Below the pieces are notes generated by a model. That model was not told where the DNA came from and searched no databases. It saw only the letters and a list, made by a program, of their open reading frames with translations. The position numbers and the translations under genes were made by a program. A stretch of DNA of 60,957 bases, counting the filler. It is 5 parts of 5 records of this genome, joined end to end, with 100 filler letters (N's around TTAATTAATTAA, not from the genome) between each part and the next. Parts side by side here need not be neighbours in the genome. Positions count along the whole stretch, not along the records: positions 41,206 to 54,033 come from SRR31156797_1560; positions 54,134 to 60,957 come from SRR31156797_1567; 3 more parts are not named here. One strand, given 5' to 3'. Every line of letters starts with the position of its first letter. Within the stretch, counting starts at the first letter, position 1. This document shows, one piece after another, positions 48,840 to 59,094 of this stretch.

Positions 48840-49992
48840 GAAGACTACATTCTTTAGATTCTTAGGTTTATACCTAGGTTCTTCTTTTATTCTTCTAACT
48901 ATTATATTCTGGCAGTTTTATAAAATAGAATATAAACTATACTATGATTTAGTATCTTCAAATATGCAAAATATAGCCTCAAAAATATCAGCAAATATAA
49001 TCTATGCAGACATGTCAAATCTTGCAATTGATACATCTAAAATATCAGATACAATTCAATACAAATATGCTTTATATGATAAACAACACCAGAAATTAGC
49101 TGGAAATATTGACATAGATGTGGATATAAATGCTCCTATTCAAAAAATCAAAGGTGATTATATTTTAGTTGATAGTACTCCTCGTGGTCACCTTGGAGTT
49201 TTTCATATTGCTATTCAAGAAAATAGTTTTAAAAAAATTAGAACAGAACTTCTTGAAGATATGGTTTTTTATTTTGTAGTGATTTTTTCTCTTATTTCAC
49301 TTGTTGGTTACTACTTAGCAAATCTATTTATTAGCCCAATTATTAATGAAAGAAGAAAACTAAATACCTTTATTAAAGATACAACCCATGAGCTAAATAC
49401 TCCTATTACAGCTATTTTGATGTCTACTGGTAAAAATGCTGCACTTACAGAAAGAAATATGGAAAGAATCAACCTAAGTGCAAAAAGAATTTCAGAAATA
49501 TATAAAGACTTGGTTTATCTATTTCTACAAGAGAATAAAAGAGTTATAGAGCCAACAATTTTACAACTTGATACTACAATTCTTGAGCAATTGAAATATT
49601 TTGAAGCCTTTGCAAGTAAAAAAGGTCTTAAAATAACCCATGATTTAGAAAGGACTACTTATAAAATAGATAAAGAGAGTTTTATAAGAATGTTCAATAA
49701 TATCGTATCAAATGCTATTAAATACAACAAAATTGGTGGAACTATAAATATTACACTAAAAGAAAATATTCTAAAAGTAGAAGATAGTGGTATAGGTATA
49801 AAAAAAGACAGACTAAAAGATATTTTCAAAAGATACTACAGAGCTACTAAAGAACAAGGTGGCTTTGGAGTTGGACTAAATATTGTTCACCAAATCTGTA
49901 AAGCTTATAATATAAAAGTAGATGTTAAATCCACTGAAAATGAAGGAAGTACTTTTATTTTCAAATTAAACAAAAAAGAAGAGAAGTTTTAA
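48814..49992 (+). CDS. Sensor histidine kinase (CrdS/DccS-like)
   Basis: EK.TFFRFLGLYLGSS N-terminus, two TMs, DTTHELNTP, NAIKY, DSGIG and GFGVGL. Confidence 0.9.
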   Translation: MVIDLTRNEKTTFFRFLGLYLGSSFILLTIIFWQFYKIEYKLYYDLVSSNMQNIASKISANIIYADMSNLAIDTSKISDTIQYKYALYDKQHQKLAGNIDIDVDINAPIQKIKGDYILVDSTPRGHLGVFHIAIQENSFKKIRTELLEDMVFYFVVIFSLISLVGYYLANLFISPIINERRKLNTFIKDTTHELNTPITAILMSTGKNAALTERNMERINLSAKRISEIYKDLVYLFLQENKRVIEPTILQLDTTILEQLKYFEAFASKKGLKITHDLERTTYKIDKESFIRMFNNIVSNAIKYNKIGGTINITLKENILKVEDSGIGIKKDRLKDIFKRYYRATKEQGGFGVGLNIVHQICKAYNIKVDVKSTENEGSTFIFKLNKKEEKF

Positions 49993-50471
49993 AACTCATC
50001 TTCTTTATGATAGTACTTATTAACTCCATTAAAACCTTCTAAAAAATATAAAAAGAAAGTTACATCTTCTATCTCTTCTTCTGAGACTTTTCCTTTCATA
50101 CTAGGCATTGTTTCAAAGTGTCTAATTACACCTTCTAAACAGATTGTTTTAGTTCTATCTGGATTATATAAGTAGTCTTTTACAAAATCCATTGCTTCTA
50201 AAAGCTGAAACTCTATATCATCCCTACTTCCAATCTGGCTTTTTAATCTAAAAGAGATCTCATTTCCTGTGGGAGCTTTTAGATTTAGAAGTTTATTATC
50301 CTCTTCTATAAAGTTTTTCATAAGTAGTTGAATATCCATGGATTTCACATGACATTCACTACATTTATTTTCAAAGACCTTTTCCCCTTTATTGTAAGTT
50401 TCTCTATCAAACTCATCGGGTAAAGCAACCAAAGAACTTATCATTAAAACCATTAATATTAAAACTTTCAT
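49989..50471 (-). CDS. Monoheme cytochrome c
   Basis: Signal peptide, CSECH heme motif and MP distal Met. Confidence 0.85.
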   Translation of the reverse strand: MKVLILMVLMISSLVALPDEFDRETYNKGEKVFENKCSECHVKSMDIQLLMKNFIEEDNKLLNLKAPTGNEISFRLKSQIGSRDDIEFQLLEAMDFVKDYLYNPDRTKTICLEGVIRHFETMPSMKGKVSEEEIEDVTFFLYFLEGFNGVNKYYHKEDEF

Positions 50472-50645
50472 AACAATTCCTTTGCATTTTAATAAAGTAT
50501 ATTGCTTTTATTTATAATCAAACCTTAGATTTTTTAATTAAATAATATCGGTAAATATTGAAAAAATAGGCATGTTTCAAAAACTTTTGATTAAAAATAA
50601 GATAAAATAATTAGAATTTAAATTAAATCAAATAAAAGATAGCGA

Positions 50646-51461
50646 ATGAGTCCAGCAAAAAAAATATTTTTTTTATGTCTAGCATTAATTATTTTAATCG
50701 TTTTATGTGTAAATACACACCTTGAAAAACTAGCTAAAAATGCAGGAATAGAAACACAACAAGAACCTAAAACTCTAAACTTAAACACAGAATCCAAAAA
50801 AGTTGAAGAAATTGAAGAAACAGCTACTTTAGAACCTATAAAAGAAACAGAGTCTAAAGAAATAGAAACTGTAAATACTACAGAAAAGAAAGATGAAGAG
50901 TTAAATACAAGCTCTAAAACTGAGAGTTCAGAAAATCAAATAAAAAATGAATTAAAAACAACAACTGAAGAAACTGCTGAAAAAGTAGTTGAAGAAAATG
51001 AAGAAAAAACAGAAGATGAGCCTTTAATTACAACTGATAAAAAATATAAAAGAACAGGTAATGAAAAGCCTATTCAAGAGATGTCAATCAATACTCAACT
51101 TTTACAAATTAGAATTAGAGATTACGTAACAAAATATCCAATTACTTTTAGAACATCAAGTAATCAAATTACGAAAAAGAGTTTAAATACAATTAGTACA
51201 GTAGTAAAGATTTTAAAGAATTATCCAAATATAAAAATAGAAGTTGCGGGACATACAGATGCTGCTGGTTCTAAAAAGTATAATCTTGGAGTTTCTGTAA
51301 GCCGTGCAGTTGCAGTTAAAAAGCAAATGATTGCTTATGGTTTTGATAAAAATAAAATAAAAGCAAGAGGATATGGTGAAAACATTCCTATTGTAGAAAA
51401 TAATCCAAATGGCTACTCAAAAGTAAATAGAAGAGTAGAGTTCAACATTATAGAGGAATAA
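50646..51461 (+). CDS. OmpA/MotB-like peptidoglycan-binding protein
   Basis: N-terminal anchor, E/T/K-rich linker, VAGHTD..G...YNL..S..RA and NRRVEF. Confidence 0.88.
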   Translation: MSPAKKIFFLCLALIILIVLCVNTHLEKLAKNAGIETQQEPKTLNLNTESKKVEEIEETATLEPIKETESKEIETVNTTEKKDEELNTSSKTESSENQIKNELKTTTEETAEKVVEENEEKTEDEPLITTDKKYKRTGNEKPIQEMSINTQLLQIRIRDYVTKYPITFRTSSNQITKKSLNTISTVVKILKNYPNIKIEVAGHTDAAGSKKYNLGVSVSRAVAVKKQMIAYGFDKNKIKARGYGENIPIVENNPNGYSKVNRRVEFNIIEE

Positions 51462-51462
51462 C

Positions 51463-51876
51463 ATGGTAGAAATAGCATCTCAAATAGTTTTATGTTTAGT
51501 AATTGCGGCATTAATAGGTTTTTTCATTGGTCTAATTGTTGGAAAACTTATTGGTGAAAAAAATCAAAGCTCTATTTATAGTGCAAATACAGTTTCCCAT
51601 GTTGGGGCTCAAAGTAATATCTACAATAAGCCTCTAATTAGGAGTGCCCCTAGACCTATGGGAAAGGACTCTTTACAAGAGATTGAAGGAATAGATAGAA
51701 ATCTTGAAGTAAAACTAAATGAAATTGGGATTTTCCATTTTGATCAAATTGCAGAGTGGACACCAAAAAACTGCAAGTGGATTGAAGAGCACCTAAAACT
51801 TGAACATAAACAAATTGAAGATGAAAACTGGCTAGTTGAAGCTAAAAACTTATCTAAAAACCCAAAAATAAGATAA
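51463..51876 (+). CDS. Membrane-anchored HhH-like protein (COG3743-like)
   Basis: TM, then DSLQEIEGI....E.KLNEIGIFHFDQIAEWT. Confidence 0.7.
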   Translation: MVEIASQIVLCLVIAALIGFFIGLIVGKLIGEKNQSSIYSANTVSHVGAQSNIYNKPLIRSAPRPMGKDSLQEIEGIDRNLEVKLNEIGIFHFDQIAEWTPKNCKWIEEHLKLEHKQIEDENWLVEAKNLSKNPKIR

Positions 51877-51899
51877 CACTTCTCTCTTCAGATGATGAG

Positions 51900-52103
51900 T
51901 TAAGACTCATCATCTAAATCATAATTATAAAACTCATCATAAGCATCATAATCAACTGTGAAAACTTTTTGATAACCTAACTTTACAAGCTCTGTATCAA
52001 CATTCTCTTCAGATAGCCTATTTTTAACACTTTCCAAAATCTTTTGAATATCTTCTTCTTTTATATCATTGGCTCTTAATTCATAAATATAAGACTCAAT
52101 CAT
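51900..52103 (-). CDS. Hypothetical acidic protein
   Basis: 67 aa ORF coupled to the upstream ORF, AAGGA RBS. Confidence 0.6.
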   Translation of the reverse strand: MIESYIYELRANDIKEEDIQKILESVKNRLSEENVDTELVKLGYQKVFTVDYDAYDEFYNYDLDDES

Positions 52104-52104
52104 T

Positions 52105-52332
52105 TTATTTCCTTGAAATTAGCGTATCTGCTAAAGTAATAAAATCATTAAGCGATAACCTTACTGTTCTTAATGTAATATCTTCTAAAGTTATCTTATT
52201 TTGTGATATTAAACCTGCTGCTCCAAGATAATCTTTTCGCAGTTTAATACAATCAACAATCTCATAAACCACCCTATTTAAAGGGTTTTCAAATTCATAT
52301 CTTTCAATGAACTCTTCATAATAACTTGCCAC
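52105..52332 (-). CDS. Hypothetical protein
   Basis: GTG start with GAGGA RBS; 75 aa. Confidence 0.6.
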   Translation of the reverse strand: MASYYEEFIERYEFENPLNRVVYEIVDCIKLRKDYLGAAGLISQNKITLEDITLRTVRLSLNDFITLADTLISRK

Positions 52333-52428
52333 TTTTTATCCTCATAATCACAGCAAACTACCATTAATAAAACCTAAGTTTTCTTGTTAGTATTAAGTAC
52401 TCACTTTTGTGAATACACCAAATTTAAT

Positions 52429-52836
52429 CTACTTTTTTAACTGCTTATAAAGTGCAGTTAAATCACCTAATACCCAAATACTAATTATCTTGTTATCTTC
52501 AAATTTAAAAAAAGAAGCCCCATTGTATTTGATTCTATTATTACTTGCTTCAAACTCAAATAGTTGTCCTTTATGAGTTCCATTGTAAACTGCTTTTACA
52601 GCAATACAATTGTTCTCTTCAACCATTGTTTCAATGCCATGATAGAGATTAGGAATTCCAGTTAAAACCTTATCCATATACTCTTCAAACTCTTTTTTAC
52701 CTTTTGTATCAATATTTAAAGACCCATGAAATTCAATATCTTCATGAAATAAAATATCAATATACTCTTTGTTTTGTTTATTCCAAAGTTCTTCGTAATA
52801 CTCTTTTACAAGAGTTTTATTAGTTTTTGTTTTCAT
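52429..52836 (-). CDS. SnoaL-like / ester cyclase family protein
   Basis: NK.LV..YYEELWN, GTHKG.LF and F.FED.KI...W.LGD...L..QL. Confidence 0.85.
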   Translation of the reverse strand: MKTKTNKTLVKEYYEELWNKQNKEYIDILFHEDIEFHGSLNIDTKGKKEFEEYMDKVLTGIPNLYHGIETMVEENNCIAVKAVYNGTHKGQLFEFEASNNRIKYNGASFFKFEDNKIISIWVLGDLTALYKQLKK

Positions 52837-53941
52837 TTTCTTTTATTAATAAATTTTTTAATACATACAATACACTTTTTACAGACTTTACAGTTGTTGT
52901 TTCCTCAACTGTATGGTAACCAGTTGTAGGTAACTGTAGAGTTGTTCCTTGTATTGAACCTTTTGACTCTTTTACTATTCTTCCAAGCTCTGTACTTCCT
53001 AAAGATAACAAAGGAAGATTCTCTTGGCTTAAAGACTTATTTATCTCTTGAATAAAATTATCCTTACAAGAGAAGGCAATATTATTCTTATGACAAAAGT
53101 TCTTTAAAAGCTTTAATAGTGGAGATTTAAACCTTGCATTTGCATCTCTATTTCTTAAAACTACATCTTGAACTTCTGCTTCTTCTCTTGTATTATATGG
53201 ACTTGTATCCAAAACTAATAGCTCAGAAGTTGTTAATTCATTCTTCTTAAACCAATCATATACAAATCTCCAACTTCTCCCTGCCTCTTCTTGTGCAGTA
53301 AAGAAAGCTGTTCCTTGGTAACCATTTTGATATAGATAAATTATTATTGCTGCAGAGATTACATTGTCTAACTGCGCACTTATTAATTGTGAATCTATTT
53401 CTAACTTATCTACAAAAGCAACTGGTGTTCCTGGAAGCAAATGCTCTAAACCTTTTATTTTAAACATAAGGTTGTCAATTTGCTCATTCATATAAACTTC
53501 TGTTATCTGTCCAATTCCTAGATAACTTCCCGACCAAGGTTCATATGCTTGAACCTGCTGGTTTATAAACCTAGATGAGATAGCTTGATATGTTTGTTCT
53601 GAAACAGAGTTCCCTTTTAAGTCAATTCTGTTTTTACTTTGAAAAGCAGCAAATTGAAACTCATTTGGTCCTGTACAAACTAAACCATGTCTATCTATAT
53701 GTGCACTTAGCATTCCTGCTGTTGGTTCATCACCTTGCGCAACTAATAAACCATCATAATACTCTGTTTTTATTCCTAACTCATCTAGTTCTCGTTTTAA
53801 ATATAAGAAAAATGAGTGTTCATACCCTATTACTGATGGTACTCTAATTAACTGTTTTAATGTATCTAGAAAAGAAGTATAATTCTCAACATCTTCAATC
53901 AATTTTGTTGACTTCTCAATAGATAATTTCCGAAATCTCAT
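52820..53941 (-). CDS. M42/M28-like zinc metallopeptidase
   Basis: PSVIGYE, SAHIDRHG, QLDN, QEEAG, LDT and YHT. Confidence 0.8.
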   Translation of the reverse strand: MRFRKLSIEKSTKLIEDVENYTSFLDTLKQLIRVPSVIGYEHSFFLYLKRELDELGIKTEYYDGLLVAQGDEPTAGMLSAHIDRHGLVCTGPNEFQFAAFQSKNRIDLKGNSVSEQTYQAISSRFINQQVQAYEPWSGSYLGIGQITEVYMNEQIDNLMFKIKGLEHLLPGTPVAFVDKLEIDSQLISAQLDNVISAAIIIYLYQNGYQGTAFFTAQEEAGRSWRFVYDWFKKNELTTSELLVLDTSPYNTREEAEVQDVVLRNRDANARFKSPLLKLLKNFCHKNNIAFSCKDNFIQEINKSLSQENLPLLSLGSTELGRIVKESKGSIQGTTLQLPTTGYHTVEETTTVKSVKSVLYVLKNLLIKENENKN

Positions 53942-53952
53942 TTTTATGCCTT

Positions 53953-54032
53953 TTAAAAGTGCATAGAATAAGGCATCCTAAATATTAGTTTGTAGGCTCT
54001 TCTTTTTCGATTGTAGCCTCTAAAGCCTCTTC
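53953..54032 (-). CDS. 3' end of an unidentified gene (partial)
   Basis: EEALEATIEKRRAYKLIFRMPYSMHF*, open to the contig end. Confidence 0.45.
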
Positions 54033-54033
54033 T

Positions 54034-54133
54034 NNNNNNNNNNNNNNNNNNNNNNNNNNNNNNNNNNNNNNNNNNNNTTAATTAATTAANNNNNNNNNNN
54101 NNNNNNNNNNNNNNNNNNNNNNNNNNNNNNNNN
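54034..54133. other. Artificial contig linker
   Basis: 44 N + TTAATTAATTAA + 44 N. Confidence 0.98.
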
Positions 54134-55294
54134 TTTATCTTTGTTGGCCATATCCTGTCCCCAGATAAATGTATCTGGATTGTGTCTAAATTCTGCCTTC
54201 AGTGTTTCGTTTAAGGCAGTAATAAGTTTAATCTTATCCCCTTCCTGGTTATGCAATCCTTCCGGATACTTTTCTGAAACCATTGGAACTGAAAATACAT
54301 GATCATGAACCGAAGCCGGATCAGGGTCGGGTGCAGTCATTGCCGCCTTATGTGCAGCTTTAATTTCAGCTTTAGTGTCTGCTTCCATGGCCAGTAACTC
54401 CTCTTCAGTAAATCGTTCATACCGAAGCAGCATTCTCTTGAACTTGGCCAATGGATCATAGTCAACCACATAGTTTCTTTCTGCGTCAGAACGATAGAGA
54501 AGGTGGTCGTCAGAATTTGAATGAGATCCCATTCGCACGCAGTTAGCCTGCAAAATAACGGGTTTGCTTTCTTCAATAGCAAAACGTTTTGCCTCAGCCA
54601 TTGCATTCATCGAATCAAATACATCTTTACCATTACAATGTATAATCCGGGTGTTTTTAAATCCTGAAAAATTATTGGCTACTTTTCGCTGAGCCGTTTG
54701 ATCTTTTTTGGGAACCGATATACCGTAACCGTTATCCTGAAATACAAAAATGACCGGCAATTCTTCTTTATCGGCACCCGTTATCGCCTCATAAACATAG
54801 CCTTCGCTAACCGATGATTCGCCCTGGCTGCTTATTGAAACCACTTTTTCGCCGTAATATTTAATAGCACGGGCTGTACCTACAGCATGTAAAGTATGAT
54901 TACCTGTGGCTGATGATACACTATGCATATTCCATTCAGGTTTGGCCAAATGATTCGACATGTGTCGTCCTCCGCTGGAAGGATCAGTGGCTTTTGAAAT
55001 ACCATTCAGAATTATTTCTTCCGATGTCATTCCTCCCGAAAGTGCTGTAAGCATATCGCGATAATACATAAAAAGATGATCTTTATTCTTCTGGAAATTC
55101 TGGCCAATAGCCAATTGTATCCCATCGTGTCCGGCATAAGGAGCATGGTACGACCAACCTATAGCTTGTTTCAGATAATTCGGGGCTTTTTCATCAATTG
55201 CCCGACCTACTGTCATTAGTCGATACCATTTTTCGAGTGTCTCTTTCGGGGTTGTTTTAATGGTATATTTTTTTGGTATTTTTAAATCTTGCAT
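54134..55294 (-). CDS. Fused alpha/beta 2-oxoacid (branched-chain type) dehydrogenase E1 (partial, 3' end missing)
   Basis: YYRD, SGGRHM, GESS..EG...N ThDP motif, HSNSDD, then beta-domain WGQD. Confidence 0.9.
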
Positions 55295-55300
55295 GATATA

Positions 55301-56596
55301 TTATATTGAGCGGTTAGTATCAAATTGTTCCAAAATATCAGCAATCTTACGCAAAAATGCACCTCCCAGTGCTCCATCAACTATTCGGTGATCATAGGAT
55401 AGAGACAAATACATTTTGTGACGAATTGCAATTACATCTCCGCTGGGGGTTTCCAGCACTGCGGGTTTCTTTTCAATAATTCCGGTAGCAAGTATGGCTA
55501 CCTGGGGTTGATTAATAATTGGTGTTCCAATAATATTACCAAACGATCCGAAATTGGTAATTGTAAATGTTCCTCCTTGAATTTCAGCCGGATCAAGTTT
55601 ATTATTACGAGCCGCATCGGCCAACCTGTTTAGTTCTTTTGTAAGTCCAACCAGGTTCCGTTGCTCTGCATTTTTAATAACCGGAACAATCAAATTGCCA
55701 TCAGGTTTTGCAACTGCAATACCAACATTTATATCACTTTTCATGATGATTTTATCGCCGTCAACCGATGAATTTACTAACGGGAATTCGGCCAAAGCAG
55801 CTGCTACTGCTTCAGTAAAAATTGGCATAAATGTAATTTTATCGCCATATTTCTGTTGGAATGCCTGTTTATTTCTATTTCGCCATAAAACAAGTTCGGT
55901 TACATCAGCCTCAACCACAGAAGTAACATGTGGCGACACCTGTTTTGACATAACCATATGGTCGGCAATCAGTTTTCTTACCCGATCCATTTCGATAACT
56001 TTATCTCCATCTGCTACCGACACTGGCATTGGTGCTTTTTTCTCAACAGCCGGAGTAGTTGGGCTTTCAACAGGTTTCTCTTCAGGTACTGGAGCACCCT
56101 TACCCCTGCTTTCCAGGTAATCTAAAATATCTTTCTTTTGAACACGTCCACTAACACCAGAACCTCCGATAGTTTCCAGTTCGTCCAACGAAACACCTTC
56201 TTCTTTTGCAATTGTTTTTACCAATGGAGAATAGAACCGATTCGATAATTTTCTGCTGTCACCTAACGAAGAATCTGTCTCTTTATCCTGTTTTATTGAT
56301 TCTTCCAACTTTGCAGTAGCTGTAGTTTCTTCCTGAACATTTTCTTCTATTTCTCCATCCAAGCTTACAACAGCCAGTATTTCTCCGACTGCAACCAAAC
56401 TATCCTCCTGATAAAGAATCTTTGTGATTACGCCATCAACCGGAGAAGGAATTTCAGAATCTACTTTATCGGTAGCTACTTCAAAGAGCATATCATCCTC
56501 TTCAACTGTATCCCCTTCTTTTACAAACCATTTAGTAATGGTCCCCTCTTGAATACTTTCTCCAAGTTTGGGCATTACAATATTAAAACTTGCCAT
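55301..56596 (-). CDS. Dihydrolipoamide acyltransferase E2
   Basis: MPKLGES, lipoyl TDKV, E3-binding SPLV..IA and DHRIVDG; likely start is the ATG at 56596. Confidence 0.93.
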   Translation of the reverse strand: MASFNIVMPKLGESIQEGTITKWFVKEGDTVEEDDMLFEVATDKVDSEIPSPVDGVITKILYQEDSLVAVGEILAVVSLDGEIEENVQEETTATAKLEESIKQDKETDSSLGDSRKLSNRFYSPLVKTIAKEEGVSLDELETIGGSGVSGRVQKKDILDYLESRGKGAPVPEEKPVESPTTPAVEKKAPMPVSVADGDKVIEMDRVRKLIADHMVMSKQVSPHVTSVVEADVTELVLWRNRNKQAFQQKYGDKITFMPIFTEAVAAALAEFPLVNSSVDGDKIIMKSDINVGIAVAKPDGNLIVPVIKNAEQRNLVGLTKELNRLADAARNNKLDPAEIQGGTFTITNFGSFGNIIGTPIINQPQVAILATGIIEKKPAVLETPSGDVIAIRHKMYLSLSYDHRIVDGALGGAFLRKIADILEQFDTNRSI

Positions 56597-56687
56597 AATT
56601 AAAAAACTTTTAATGCTTATTTTGCTATTTGCACTTAGTACAACAGAACAAAAATTGAAATGTTCAGATTGCAATTTTAAATTAATG

Positions 56688-56695
56688 CAAAAATA
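56688..56695 (-). promoter_or_regulatory. Bacteroidota -7 element for the E2/E1 operon
   Basis: TATTTTTG matches TAnnTTTG. Confidence 0.5.
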
Positions 56696-56807
56696 GAGTT
56701 AAAAGTCTTTTAATTTCGTTGAGGGCAGAAAAAAGTACTAAATAGTATTTATCTACGATAGATTTTATCGAATCAGAAAAATTGTATTATTTGATTACAA
56801 ATGTTTT

Positions 56808-57719
56808 TTACACCTGTAACCCACCAATCAAACCACTAGCAGATTGAATATTATGGCGTTTTAGGTAGTCTTCAACTCCGTTCACAATTTTCACCGGTAT
56901 CATTGGATCTTTAAAAATAGCTGTTCCAACCTGAACAACAGTGGCACCAGCCAACATAAATTCGATGGCATCGGCAGCACTCATTATTCCGCCAATTCCT
57001 ACTACTGGAATTTTAACAGCGTTTGCCACCTGCCATACCATTCGTAAAGCAATAGGTTTAATTGCTGGGCCTGATAAACCTCCGGTAATGGTAGATAATT
57101 TAGGAGTACGCGATTCGGCATCAATGGCCATACCAAGAAAAGTGTTAACCAGGGAAACAGCATCGGCTCCCTGCCCTTCAACTGCCCTGGCAATTTCAGC
57201 AATATCAGTTACATTAGGCGATAACTTTACGATTAAAGTTTTATCATAAACCTTTCGAACTTCGCGGGTAACCATTTCTGCTCCCTGACAACTAACTCCA
57301 AACGCCATACCACCTTCCTTAACATTCGGGCATGAAATATTTAGCTCAATTGCCTCGATTTTATCCAGTTCGTTAACTTTTTCTGTTAAAGCGATATAAT
57401 CTTCAACCGTCGATCCGTTTACATTTATAACTAATTGTGTATCGTAATCTGAAATTTGAGGATATATGTTTTCAATAAAGTAATCAATCCCTTTATTTTG
57501 TAACCCAACTGCGTTTAACATTCCTGAAGGTGTTTCGGCCATCCGGGGATAATTGTTTCCATCTCTGTTCTTAAGTGTTGTTCCTTTTAAAAAGTAACCA
57601 CCAAGCAGTCCCGGATCATAAAATTCAGCTATTTCGCGTACAAATCCACATGTTCCCGATGCCAGTGTTACCGGATTTTTAAACTCCAGATTATGTATCT
57701 TTACTTTTAAATCTACCAT
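56808..57719 (-). CDS. pyrD: Dihydroorotate dehydrogenase 1B catalytic subunit
   Basis: [25 protein letters not shown] and [10 protein letters not shown]. Confidence 0.96.
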   Translation of the reverse strand: MVDLKVKIHNLEFKNPVTLASGTCGFVREIAEFYDPGLLGGYFLKGTTLKNRDGNNYPRMAETPSGMLNAVGLQNKGIDYFIENIYPQISDYDTQLVINVNGSTVEDYIALTEKVNELDKIEAIELNISCPNVKEGGMAFGVSCQGAEMVTREVRKVYDKTLIVKLSPNVTDIAEIARAVEGQGADAVSLVNTFLGMAIDAESRTPKLSTITGGLSGPAIKPIALRMVWQVANAVKIPVVGIGGIMSAADAIEFMLAGATVVQVGTAIFKDPMIPVKIVNGVEDYLKRHNIQSASGLIGGLQV

Positions 57720-58489
57720 TTCAAATCTTTAATATTAAATACCGGTCCATCGGTACAAACACATTGATTTCCTTTATTTGTGGGCTCAATACAACACAAA
57801 CAGACTCCAAAACCACATGCCATAAGGTTTTCAAGTGAAACCTCACAAAAAACATCTTGTTCTTTTGCTTCTTTTGCAATGGCACGCATCATTCCATCGG
57901 GACCACAAGCGTATATTTTATTATAGTGTTTCAAATCTTTTACAAACACCGAATGTTGGGTTACAAATCCTTTCTCTCCTAAAGATCCATCTTCCGATGC
58001 ATAATGAAGATTAGCATATTGGGCATAATCCTTTACATCCACATGATCTTCTTTTGACCTGGCACCTAATAGAATATCAACATTTTTGGTTGGAAGCTGG
58101 CTTTCTTTGGCCAGGAAAAGCATTGGTGCTACCCCACTTCCTCCACCTACTAATAAGATTTTATCGACAATCTTCGGAAACGTAAAACCTTTACCCAAAG
58201 GATAAACTATACTAAGCTCTTGTCCAACGTTTATCTGTGTAAGTTTTTTAGATCCTCGCCCAAGTATTTTAATGATCATTGAAAGCGTATTCTTTTTATA
58301 ATCCACTTCAAAGATTGAAAAGGGACGACGAAGAAAAACCTCCTGTGCATCTCTAATTTCAACATTAACAAATTGTCCGGGCTTAATCTCTGGTAATTCT
58401 TTTTCCGATTGAACTTTGATTAGAAAGTTTGTGGCATTAAGTGCCCTGTTTTCTACTACTTTAAAATTTGAAACAAACTTTTTTGGCAT
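57713..58489 (-). CDS. pyrK: Dihydroorotate dehydrogenase electron transfer subunit
   Basis: [21 protein letters not shown] and the [2Fe-2S] motif CGFGVCLCC...C.DGPVF. Confidence 0.96.
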   Translation of the reverse strand: MPKKFVSNFKVVENRALNATNFLIKVQSEKELPEIKPGQFVNVEIRDAQEVFLRRPFSIFEVDYKKNTLSMIIKILGRGSKKLTQINVGQELSIVYPLGKGFTFPKIVDKILLVGGGSGVAPMLFLAKESQLPTKNVDILLGARSKEDHVDVKDYAQYANLHYASEDGSLGEKGFVTQHSVFVKDLKHYNKIYACGPDGMMRAIAKEAKEQDVFCEVSLENLMACGFGVCLCCIEPTNKGNQCVCTDGPVFNIKDLKW

Positions 58490-58506
58490 TTACTCCGATT
58501 TTGCGG

Positions 58507-58514
58507 CAAAGATA
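58507..58514 (-). promoter_or_regulatory. Bacteroidota -7 element for pyrK
   Basis: TATCTTTG, 17 nt upstream of the ATG. Confidence 0.55.
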
Positions 58515-58544
58515 ATAGATTATTCGTTTTAATTGAAGCAAATG

Positions 58545-58611
58545 AAAAAGACCGCTCGAAAACGGCCTTTATATTAAATTTTATAATTAGATAAAAAATA
58601 AGGGTCTAGAT
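58545..58611 (-). ncRNA. Candidate sRNA C
   Basis: Promoter TTTT-N20-TACATTTG (58618-58649) and terminator AAAGGCCG..CGGTCTTTTT (58545-58570); no ORF. Confidence 0.35.
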
Positions 58612-58689
58612 ATAGTACAAATGTACAAATAAAAATTTACATATGAAAACATTATTTGATATTTTGTTTTTAGATTTTCATCAACCACC

Positions 58690-58830
58690 ACATACCAGAA
58701 ATGGCCACTACAACTAGTGACCATGCGACTTCTGGATTTATCAACTTATAAAATTGGGTTTGTAAACAGGATTTATATTGTATTAATCATCCTTTCTCGT
58801 TTATTAATGTATCATTACTGTCTAAATCTT
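58690..58830 (-). ncRNA. Candidate sRNA B
   Basis: Promoter TTTG-N20-TATATTTG (58837-58868); GC-rich hairpin at 58695-58735 whose G-U pair is valid only on the minus strand. Confidence 0.45.
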
Positions 58831-58989
58831 ACGCTACAAATATAAACTCTATTATTCACATATGCAAACTTTTCGATGATAAAACTGTGTATTTTTGTAA
58901 CATTTCTTTTAATTTCATCTATCTGATTGATAATGTTTGGATTACGTGTTAGCAAAAAGGATGGTATATTTTTAAACACTGAGCAGATA

Positions 58990-59094
58990 CAACAAAAGAC
59001 CATCTTTACAGATAGTCTTTTATCAATCATGCTTTACCACAATATTGGTTTTGCACTCTTTTAACGATTACAATTCTCTACAACTTACAACAAT
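58990..59094 (-). ncRNA. Candidate sRNA A
   Basis: Promoter TTTG-N20-TACATTTG (59101-59132); terminator AAAAGACTATCT-GTAA-AGATGGTCTTTT (58994-59021) with a GNRA loop and U-rich tail. Confidence 0.5.

Noticed and set aside
58852-58860. DnaA box TTATTCACA suggesting oriC
   Set aside because: A single consensus match inside a promoter spacer; other matches are degenerate and not clustered.
58815-59030. 71 aa minus-strand ORF, plus ORFs 59045-59245, 59818-60018 and 60355-60570
   Set aside because: The 71 aa ORF runs through a terminator and a consensus promoter. The others have no recognisable motifs.
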